Both the position numbers and the translations under genes were made by a program. Under the pieces are notes generated by a model. It ran no database searches. It was not told the DNA's origin and saw only the letters and a list, made by a program, of their open reading frames with translations. Of a stretch of 37,535 bases of DNA, positions 18,766 to 26,488 are shown one piece after another. Numbering within the stretch: the stretch's first letter is position 1; every line of letters begins with the position of its first letter. The stretch covers positions 1 through 37,535 of IMG/VR virus record IMGVR_UViG_3300026885_000046; one strand, 5' to 3'.

Positions 18766-18966
18766 ATGGACGTTATTGGCATAATTGTCGCATACAACCC
18801 CCTGTTTTCTCCGGAAAAGGAGAACATCATCATGGTACCGTTAGACTACGTAGAAGAAGTCAAACAGTTAGCGAAGTTACATAACGCAAAGATCCAAATT
18901 TTCCAGAAACGAAGGAGTAAATACGCTTATATAAGGTGGTACTACCCGGGTGAGAAGGACGAGTGA
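18766..18966 (+). CDS. Hypothetical protein
   Basis: 66-aa ORF behind a TATA-like box. Confidence 0.65.
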   Translation: MDVIGIIVAYNPLFSPEKENIIMVPLDYVEEVKQLAKLHNAKIQIFQKRRSKYAYIRWYYPGEKDE

Positions 18967-19534
18967 CGATAAACAGCAGCAACAACAGACCGGGATTAGA
19001 GGGACAAGTGCAAAGACCGTAGTAGTGAAAGTAAACCCCTTAACGTTTGACGACAACCACGGGCTTGTAAAACTCGTAAAACAACCGTTGTCAAAAATAA
19101 ACCTCCTTGAAGAGTTGAAAGATGATGACGTTATCAACAACATCAATAAGCTTAAACAGTTTGAGAGTGCGGTTATTGCTGCACTGCTTGAGGATCTGCA
19201 ACAGGAAGTGCGTTATATTACAGTCCCTTCACTTATACTGCCCTTGTTTAAGAACTCCGTAAGGAACATAATCAGGAACATGATAGTTATTTCAGACGCA
19301 GTTTACACCCACGTCCTAAGTAAGATAAGCAAAGACGTAGAAGACAGTGAGAAATTAATGGAAGACCTAAAGCTTATCCAGCACTACCTCGACATCATAA
19401 ACAGCTTCTACCTCGCAGTTGACAACATAAGCATCGTAATAGTGAACCTCCTGAATACTAACTTACCTGCCGATAAGGCACCGCGTCTGATTAACGAGAT
19501 ATTAACGGGGTACGACATATGGAAACAGCACTGA
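18950..19534 (+). CDS. Helical hypothetical protein
   Basis: 194-aa ORF in an overlapping operon. Confidence 0.75.
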   Translation: MRRTSDDKQQQQQTGIRGTSAKTVVVKVNPLTFDDNHGLVKLVKQPLSKINLLEELKDDDVINNINKLKQFESAVIAALLEDLQQEVRYITVPSLILPLFKNSVRNIIRNMIVISDAVYTHVLSKISKDVEDSEKLMEDLKLIQHYLDIINSFYLAVDNISIVIVNLLNTNLPADKAPRLINEILTGYDIWKQH

Positions 19535-20118
19535 TACTGGGAACGGCAGGAGTTGTAACAGCTACAGTGACTACTACAGTCCTACTTTTGAGGAGAAAGA
19601 AAAAGAAACCGGTTTATACCCAAAAAAACGTAGTGTGGTGGATTGATAAACACCTAACTCCCAAGATACTCACTGCAGCGAAACCCAGAGTCGTTGATAA
19701 GGTATACGGACAATATGCATACCTTACTTCTCCCGTCCACGATATTAACCTGAAGATAGATAAGTTAATGAAGAGGACCAAAACTTCAAAACTTGACGAC
19801 GACTTTCTGTCAAGGCTTTCTTACGCATTTATCGCTAAGCAGTTCATAGGCAGACCGTTCCTTTTCTTCGGTATCATAAGGAACAAGTATTTACCGTTAA
19901 AAAGAGTCGAAAGGAGGACGATTCTGCAGGAGTACGACCTCACGTTTTTAGAGTCAAGTTACATCGACCTTGACGTAAACATATCAAAACCCCTCTTCAT
20001 CCCACCGTTATACTTCTTCGTAAAAGTAACGGATACCTTAAGTTATTTCATCCTCCTCATCAACAGGAATGCGGTGAGACTGTTTGAGCCTGCAACAGTA
20101 CCAACAGCACAGACGTAG
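19519..20118 (+). CDS. N-terminally anchored hypothetical protein
   Basis: Hydrophobic N-terminus followed by RRKKKK. Confidence 0.75.
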   Translation: METALILGTAGVVTATVTTTVLLLRRKKKKPVYTQKNVVWWIDKHLTPKILTAAKPRVVDKVYGQYAYLTSPVHDINLKIDKLMKRTKTSKLDDDFLSRLSYAFIAKQFIGRPFLFFGIIRNKYLPLKRVERRTILQEYDLTFLESSYIDLDVNISKPLFIPPLYFFVKVTDTLSYFILLINRNAVRLFEPATVPTAQT

Positions 20119-20521
20119 CTACGTAGAAGAAATTCTAATACAGTTACTCACTGCAAAACTCGGCGGTGAACGAAACGACGACCAAATATGGGAGTTCTTA
20201 AAGGGAGAGTTACTTGACCTCCACCTAAGGTACGGGCAGGACGTCGATGATAAATTTGTAAAATACGTTACTAAGGCACTAACAATACTGCTTTCCGACA
20301 TTAACGACTACACAGTTCCGCTCTTTAACGTCTGGAATGCAAAGGAGAAGTTGATAAGTGCACTCAAGGAGAGTAAAACGTTAATGAACAAGATAAAGAG
20401 TAAATACATAAGGACGGATGAACAAGAAAGAGAAGTGTTGAACATTGTAAACAATGTACTGATAAGTTCAGCGAAAAGTGTGTTGAAGGACTACAAGGTG
20501 ATATGGGATGAATCGGTATGA
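20084..20521 (+). CDS. Hypothetical protein
   Basis: 145-aa ORF with a GGTGA RBS before a TTG start. Confidence 0.7.
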   Translation: MSLQQYQQHRRSYVEEILIQLLTAKLGGERNDDQIWEFLKGELLDLHLRYGQDVDDKFVKYVTKALTILLSDINDYTVPLFNVWNAKEKLISALKESKTLMNKIKSKYIRTDEQEREVLNIVNNVLISSAKSVLKDYKVIWDESV

Positions 20522-21449
20522 CCCACGGATAGCCCAACTGCGATTTTTCGCATCTTTTTCCGTCGCTTTATACCATCTATGGACTCTCCAGTTAGTCCCT
20601 CTGATACTTTTTCGCCCTGGTTGGTTAGGGGTTCCCCTATTTTTCGAGTTATCGATTTTTCTGCTCCTTAACAGACTAGATGAAAACCCCTCACTAGCTC
20701 GTTACTTCAAGAGGAGGGTGAGGAGGATATGGCCACTTTATTTCCTCGCCGTCGTAGTAGTGTTCTTAGTCGACAAATACGTGTTTCACATGGACGTGAC
20801 ATATTACGACTTGATACTCCATTTTGCGTTCGTTTCCTATGTTCTCACACCGTTTTCCTTCCAGTACCTCTTCTGGTCTCTCCAGCTGGAGGAATGGATG
20901 TACTTAGTTATCCCCTTCATCCATCGAATGAGTGATAAAGCAAAGTTTTACGTCGCAACATCGCTAATTGTCATTACGTTGATATATAGTGCGTTTATAG
21001 TCCTCCTCCCCTACAACGAGTTCCACTTACTTTATTTTATGCCTCCCTTTTGGTTAGGAGCATATGGGTGGGGAATAATTGTTTACATTTTGCAGAAGAA
21101 GGGCTATAGACCGGGAAATATACACTACATTATATTAGGATTACTATTCGTGCAATATATTTATGTAACAATAAACGTAAAGGAGGAGATAATTTATGAG
21201 TTTTTCACGCGGTTTCTGATTTACAACTTGGCGTTACCCGCTTTCGCCTTCCTTATCTTAAACCCGCCTAAAGTCCTTAGTCGCGTAACGGTCTTCCTTG
21301 GTGAAGTGAGTTACGGGATCTATCTGTGGACTTTACTCTTTCAAGAACTCTTCGGATTAGCGGGAGTACTTTACGGCATACTGACCGCTGTCGTGACGGA
21401 GTTCCCATTGAGGAGAAGAGAAATAACAAAAAGGATGATGGAAGTATAG
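20508..21449 (+). CDS. Acyltransferase family 3 (OafA/YrhL-like) membrane O-acyltransferase
   Basis: LRFFA..VALYH, GVPLFFELS, FKRRVRRIWPLY, WSLQLEEWMY, LGEVSYGIYLW. Confidence 0.92.
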   Translation: MNRYDPRIAQLRFFASFSVALYHLWTLQLVPLILFRPGWLGVPLFFELSIFLLLNRLDENPSLARYFKRRVRRIWPLYFLAVVVVFLVDKYVFHMDVTYYDLILHFAFVSYVLTPFSFQYLFWSLQLEEWMYLVIPFIHRMSDKAKFYVATSLIVITLIYSAFIVLLPYNEFHLLYFMPPFWLGAYGWGIIVYILQKKGYRPGNIHYIILGLLFVQYIYVTINVKEEIIYEFFTRFLIYNLALPAFAFLILNPPKVLSRVTVFLGEVSYGIYLWTLLFQELFGLAGVLYGILTAVVTEFPLRRREITKRMMEV

Positions 21450-21480
21450 CTTAGTGAAATATACACTTCCGATGATGTTG

Positions 21481-21759
21481 TGTATCATATGCATTTACAA
21501 AATTATTTAACCCTCTAATTGCTTATGTGCAACAATAGTCTTATTGAATCGTCTTCTTGCTTTTGTGCATGTATAACTTTGTTAAGAGTATTATTTGCTT
21601 ATGTGCATAATAATAATTATTTAAAGTTTCCTTTGCTTATGTGCAAGACCGAGATTATTGATTTTTACTCTTGCTTTTGTGCAGAGGTCGACTTATTGGT
21701 GTTTTACATTGTTTATATGCATACACAGGTTTATTGATCTTTGTTTTTGCTTGTGTGCA
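21481..21759 (-). ncRNA. TIGR-like dual-repeat guide-RNA array 2 (orphan), 7 units, 38-nt period
   Basis: Plus-strand TTGCTTnTGTGCA (one variant) at 21519, 21557, 21595, 21633, 21671, 21709, 21747 (degenerate 21481), with a TTATTGA-like loop between two 9-nt variable segments. Confidence 0.88.
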
Positions 21760-21832
21760 ATAGAGGTACCCTAATACTAGATAATAATCTTCAGCTTTTT
21801 TATTTTTAACCCCCCTTCCCGTATTATCTCTT

Positions 21833-22204
21833 ATGGGTATAATTGAAGCTTACAAGGCGTTAAAGGACATAAAATACAGAGCCTCGACTAAAGATAAGCC
21901 ACTTCAGATAGTAGACGTAAACGAAAATCACGTCTTGATGTGCAAAGGAGATACGTGTTTTGAGCTGTTTAAGCCGGAAATACGCAATAATCGTTACATA
22001 ATGCCCATTATAAAGTGGCGTGGTAACGGTACTAAGTTCAAAAGCCTTGAAAGGAAGTACATTTCAATGACAGACTTCAATTACTACACCAACACGGTTT
22101 CCTTTGAGGACTTTGTTAAAAGAATGAAAAAAATTAAAGAAGTCGAAAACGACTTATTGACGTTATCGAAGTTTTTCGATTACCTGAACTTGATGTTTAC
22201 ATGA
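21833..22204 (+). CDS. Hypothetical protein
   Basis: 123-aa ORF; T-rich promoter at 21799-21809. Confidence 0.75.
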   Translation: MGIIEAYKALKDIKYRASTKDKPLQIVDVNENHVLMCKGDTCFELFKPEIRNNRYIMPIIKWRGNGTKFKSLERKYISMTDFNYYTNTVSFEDFVKRMKKIKEVENDLLTLSKFFDYLNLMFT

Positions 22205-22822
22205 CTACAAGACAGTCCGCATAAACAAATAATATCCCCAAGAGTCCTTCGACGGTACAAGTGTCCTATCGGCAACTAGTGCGTGTAACAATACTACGCT
22301 TAGTTCAGATATGTGATTGAATACTTCTTTTTTCTTTATATATAGTAGTATAGGCATCCCGAAAAATCCTACTAGAAAAATAGCGATGTTGAATATATCT
22401 TTAATCCTAGAATCTTTTGTTGTTTTTGTGATAGACTGTAGTTTTAAATATACTTTTGTTACGAAGCGTAAATACAGCGAATAATAAGTGGTTATTGGGA
22501 AATTAGGGTTATCAGAATTTAATGCCTCTATGTAGAACTCATCTTCATTTTTCTTCAGTTCGTCAATAAGCTTTTGTAACTTGTTCATTGTCATATTAAC
22601 ATATTCTTCTATAGTCCCGTCATCAAACATAAATCCAAAATCTCTCTTTATTTTTTCAACTTCCTTTGACAGCATTTTTGGTTCTTTATCTTCATTTAGG
22701 ACTAACATACCCTCATATATCTCAAATAAATTCTCCTCATACCGTTTGGTTAAATAATTCTGAATCTCCTCTAAGCTGACAGGGGAATACTCTTCTAAAA
22801 GGTTAGCTAACATAGTTACCAA
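22205..22822 (-). CDS. AT-rich hypothetical protein
   Basis: 205-aa ORF, TTAAATA box upstream, more AT-rich than its neighbours. Confidence 0.7.
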   Translation of the reverse strand: MVTMLANLLEEYSPVSLEEIQNYLTKRYEENLFEIYEGMLVLNEDKEPKMLSKEVEKIKRDFGFMFDDGTIEEYVNMTMNKLQKLIDELKKNEDEFYIEALNSDNPNFPITTYYSLYLRFVTKVYLKLQSITKTTKDSRIKDIFNIAIFLVGFFGMPILLYIKKKEVFNHISELSVVLLHALVADRTLVPSKDSWGYYLFMRTVL

Positions 22823-22893
22823 TTTAATATAATAAAAATTGTATATTTAACTTTACAGTCAGTTTAAAAGACAGTTTGTAGTCTATTTGTGCA

Positions 22894-23205
22894 TTAAACT
22901 CCATATGTCTGTTGTCTCCAGTACCAGTAATACGTTAATGAAAGTACAACAATACCGAAAGCAATGAGAACTGCGTCAGCGTATTGGTTTGAGAGTACTG
23001 CAAGTATATAACTGTAAACGACGTAAAGGTCTTGATAAATAGCCAACGTCCATGCGACTTGCGGAGAAGGTGTAGAAGAGACCATGTCCTTTGTAGGGTT
23101 AAGTATGAATGACACACCCTGAAGTATCGAAGAGAAGATGAAGATAGCAAACAACGCCATCACGATTATTGAAACTATGGAAACTTGTTGTTCTTGTTGG
23201 GGCAT
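22894..23205 (-). CDS. Membrane protein
   Basis: Two to three hydrophobic helices. Confidence 0.75.
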   Translation of the reverse strand: MPQQEQQVSIVSIIVMALFAIFIFSSILQGVSFILNPTKDMVSSTPSPQVAWTLAIYQDLYVVYSYILAVLSNQYADAVLIAFGIVVLSLTYYWYWRQQTYGV

Positions 23206-23226
23206 AAGAAATAATTCGTGTGTAAA

Positions 23227-23496
23227 TTAATAAATAAAAACGCGTCGTTCCTCTTTCAGTTCGTGCAAATATTTCCTAGCCTTTTCCCTAGCTAATTCGT
23301 CTGTTGTTATCCTCACAAGGAAGGCTAGTCTGGCTTTTGCTAAGTCTTCATCCATCTTGATGACGTTACACTCGTGGTCGTACGTGTAACCCCTCCTCAA
23401 GTCCCTCATTATCATTTCAGGGATTTCCCAATCGTGAGTGACCAGTATACCCTCTCTTCGGTAATAACAGCTGTTCCTCCCTTTGTAAATGTTCAT
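23227..23496 (-). CDS. Hypothetical protein
   Basis: 89-aa ORF with a T-rich promoter at about 23518-23530 (minus strand). Confidence 0.75.
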   Translation of the reverse strand: MNIYKGRNSCYYRREGILVTHDWEIPEMIMRDLRRGYTYDHECNVIKMDEDLAKARLAFLVRITTDELAREKARKYLHELKEERRVFIY

Positions 23497-23556
23497 GAGA
23501 AGAAGTAGGAGGAAAAACTAAAAAATAAAATAATTTGACTTGGCGTGTTATCACGT

Positions 23557-23883
23557 TTAGAACGTGTCGGTGGACTTCATTAAGTACCTGATGACGTATA
23601 TCAATGCTACTATTATCAACACTACTACAAGGATCTGGAATATTGAGCCTAATGTTGGAGCTATCGGTGAAACGTAGTTGTAGCTACTGGGGATTTTGAC
23701 GGCAGTAGAGTTGAAGATGTTGAGGATGTAGGTGCCTAAACCGCTTACGATTGAAACCGTTACTGCACCGACAATCAATACTACGATAGCAATTACTATG
23801 TACTTAAACTTGTCCTTGAAGTTATCCTCGTCGTCAGCCATCATTATTGGTAGTTTGCCTGCGAAATTAAGTCTGGGTATCAT
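23557..23883 (-). CDS. Two-TM protein, major capsid protein candidate (spindle-virus VP1-like topology)
   Basis: Polar leader, two long hydrophobic helices, loop with an NST sequon, own promoter. Confidence 0.55.
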   Translation of the reverse strand: MIPRLNFAGKLPIMMADDEDNFKDKFKYIVIAIVVLIVGAVTVSIVSGLGTYILNIFNSTAVKIPSSYNYVSPIAPTLGSIFQILVVVLIIVALIYVIRYLMKSTDTF

Positions 23884-23996
23884 TTGTAATAGGAGTTAAC
23901 GTCAAGATTAAAAAATATAATAAAAGGAATATATCCAACAAAATCTTCTTACTTATCATTTTTTACTCACTTTGTAATACATAAAGTGTTTCTCAT

Positions 23997-24008
23997 AAGC
24001 TTTTTATA
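23997..24008 (+). promoter_or_regulatory. BRE/TATA promoter AAGCTTTTTATA for the replication operon
   Basis: Upstream of ATG 24040; similar AAGCTTTATAT near 29030 and AAACTTTTTAAG near 33268. Confidence 0.65.
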
Positions 24009-24039
24009 CTATACCAGACATATGATATACTGAGACTGT

Positions 24040-24225
24040 ATGGCTAGAGTAAGCCTCAACGTTGATGAGTCCATCCTTCAGCTATTTGATTCGTTATGGA
24101 AAGTTGAAGGATGGGAGTCAAGACAAGAAGCCATCATTTTTTTAATGAAACAAGCCATTGCAAACGGTTTCATATCAAAAGAGAAGTTCGAATTGTCCAA
24201 AGCTGTTAGAGGTGGTAAACAATGA
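24040..24225 (+). CDS. Ribbon-helix-helix (CopG-like) regulator
   Basis: RVSLNVDESILQLFD...SRQEAI pattern. Confidence 0.8.
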   Translation: MARVSLNVDESILQLFDSLWKVEGWESRQEAIIFLMKQAIANGFISKEKFELSKAVRGGKQ

Positions 24226-24752
24226 AAGTGAAAAAAGCAAGTTTCAAAGTATTAAAAGACAAACCTCTCGCACAACAGGAACAACTACAGATATTCAGCC
24301 TAGCACCAACGTCTGAAGACGGGAAGTCGGGAGAAGTGATAATGAAGATAAAGAGGCTGTTAGACCCTAAGGAGAAAGAAGTAACAATACAAAACGACGA
24401 AAAAAGAAAAGGGCAGAAAGTAAAAGTGACGGATTACAAGGCTATCGTAGAAGTGTTGGAAGGTAAACTAGCATCGGTGAAAGAAAAAGAGAAGGTAAAA
24501 GTACCGGGTATAGGTGTTGTGGAAGTTCCGAAAGTCCTAGATGCGATAAATGAAGAGATAATATTGGACCTGCAAAGGCAGTCAAACTATGACTTCCTGA
24601 AGGAGAAACTTGATCAAGGAATTATACAACTTGACACGCCGTACGCATTCGAGTATTCAGTAAAACTGTCAAATTCAAAGTACAGTTACTACATTAGAGC
24701 AATATACAGCGTGGAGACCGAGGGTGAAGAAGAGAGTAACGGTAATTCATAA
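24222..24752 (+). CDS. Hypothetical protein (possible ssDNA-binding protein)
   Basis: Beta-rich, acidic tail, precedes the helicases; function inferred. Confidence 0.65.
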   Translation: MKVKKASFKVLKDKPLAQQEQLQIFSLAPTSEDGKSGEVIMKIKRLLDPKEKEVTIQNDEKRKGQKVKVTDYKAIVEVLEGKLASVKEKEKVKVPGIGVVEVPKVLDAINEEIILDLQRQSNYDFLKEKLDQGIIQLDTPYAFEYSVKLSNSKYSYYIRAIYSVETEGEEESNGNS

Positions 24753-24781
24753 CCAATAATTTTTTTCTTCCGGTGTTCTCT

Positions 24782-26476
24782 ATGCAGAGAATACGACTAA
24801 GGCAATATCAAGAGAGTGTTGTGCAAAGGGCATTAAACGCACTAGAGAATGGCGAAGGAGTTGTGATTAACTCACCAACGGGGACGGGGAAGACGTTAAT
24901 GGGGTTGGAAATAGGGAGAAGGTACAGTGAAGAACACGGCTTCAGTTATTTTGACGTATTCGTCAGGACACGGTCGCAGTATACCCCATGGGAAGATAAT
25001 GCCAGAAAGGTGGATTTAAAGTTTACGGGATTGATGGCTAAATCACTATTTTGTAAACACACATCAAGAGAGTATTACGAGATATGTGAAATCTGCGGAC
25101 TGTCAAAAAGTGAGGCGGAAAAAGAAAGCGACCATCAACACCGTTGGACGAGGAAATATTCAACGATAAGTTGCAGTAGATGCACGATTCCTAGAATTGA
25201 GGAATGTCACGAGCTTAACGATTTCGGTGAATGCATAAGCTACGGTATTCCTGAGAAGTACGTCGAACAATTGCAAAAAGTAGGAATCCTGAAGTTCGCA
25301 GTTGAAACGAAAAAGAAGGGCGTTTGTGCATATCGGGACATGTTGTCAATACCTGCAGACTTCTGCATATTTTCCTACATTTACTACTTTCTGAGGATCA
25401 TAGTACCGAAAGGAGAACTGTTAATCTTTGATGAAGCCCATAACCTGGAACTGCAAGAGTTAATGAGACAAACGGTAAGCGTTTATGACTTCGTAAGCCT
25501 TACTCACTCGAAGAAAGAGAAAGAAATATTGGAATTAGCGTTTAAACGCTTTATCGAGACGGAGAGCCTTGACGCAAAAGTTAAGGACATTCAAGGAAAC
25601 GAAATAACAATCGAAGAACTACTTCTCCAGTTCGAAGGTGAAGGGGAGAAAGTAGCCAAGAAGTGCAAATTTGTGCTAAGTGCCGACGACTCCTTCTACA
25701 AAGAGAAGACGGACAAGTACTACCGTGTAATTGCAAGAGACCCTTCCGTCTTGCTGAGCAGACTAAACACTGAACGATATGTGCTGATGTCCGGTACAAT
25801 GCCGAGTGAGAAGTATCTTAAGGAAGTCTGGGGACTTGAAAAGTTTGAATATATCGACGTTTGGAAGGACTACTACAACGAGGTCAAGGACTTTTATCAC
25901 ATGAACATTTCAGTCGTTGACGCCGACTTAACGTATAAGAACAGAGACGGAGAGACTTACAAAGAAGTAACGGAGTTCATCAAGGAGAACTTAAGGAAGG
26001 ACGGGATAAACCTAGTGGCGACAACTTCGAAGCAGATGATGGCCGACCTATCTCTTTTCTTACACGCCGACTTTCTGGAGAGGGAAGGGAAAATAGACTT
26101 TGAGGAGTTACAGAAGTTGCCGGACGGTGCCGTTATCCTTGCGTACGAGGGGGGGAGACTAACGGAAGGTATAGAACTGACGAAGGACGGAAAGTCAAGG
26201 ATTAAAGCCGTATTTATCGTTGGGTTCCCTTACCCGGAGTACAAGGACAAGTACTTGAACAGTGTCATTGACTACCTTGCTGAGAAGAAAGGACTTAATG
26301 ACAAGGCTAAAGAAGCCTTCAGGTGGTTCGTTTTGAAGGAGAAGGCTATCATAAAGGTTAGACAGACAATGGGCAGAGCGACTAGGGGACCGCAAGACGA
26401 AGCTGACATATGGCTTATCGACAAAAGGTTTACGTATCGTGACATTGCCGAAAAACTAGGAATAGAGGTGAGCTAA
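24782..26476 (+). CDS. SF2 helicase, XPD/Rad3/DinG family
   Basis: Q motif LRQYQ, SPTGTGKT, DEAH, MSGT, EGIE, QTMGRATR; Cys-rich Fe-S region. Confidence 0.92.
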   Translation: MQRIRLRQYQESVVQRALNALENGEGVVINSPTGTGKTLMGLEIGRRYSEEHGFSYFDVFVRTRSQYTPWEDNARKVDLKFTGLMAKSLFCKHTSREYYEICEICGLSKSEAEKESDHQHRWTRKYSTISCSRCTIPRIEECHELNDFGECISYGIPEKYVEQLQKVGILKFAVETKKKGVCAYRDMLSIPADFCIFSYIYYFLRIIVPKGELLIFDEAHNLELQELMRQTVSVYDFVSLTHSKKEKEILELAFKRFIETESLDAKVKDIQGNEITIEELLLQFEGEGEKVAKKCKFVLSADDSFYKEKTDKYYRVIARDPSVLLSRLNTERYVLMSGTMPSEKYLKEVWGLEKFEYIDVWKDYYNEVKDFYHMNISVVDADLTYKNRDGETYKEVTEFIKENLRKDGINLVATTSKQMMADLSLFLHADFLEREGKIDFEELQKLPDGAVILAYEGGRLTEGIELTKDGKSRIKAVFIVGFPYPEYKDKYLNSVIDYLAEKKGLNDKAKEAFRWFVLKEKAIIKVRQTMGRATRGPQDEADIWLIDKRFTYRDIAEKLGIEVS

Positions 26477-26488
26477 ACGACTGACATC

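Noticed and set aside
21519-21737. 72-aa ORF over array 2
   Set aside because: Translation artefact of the repeat array (periodic MC/FC)
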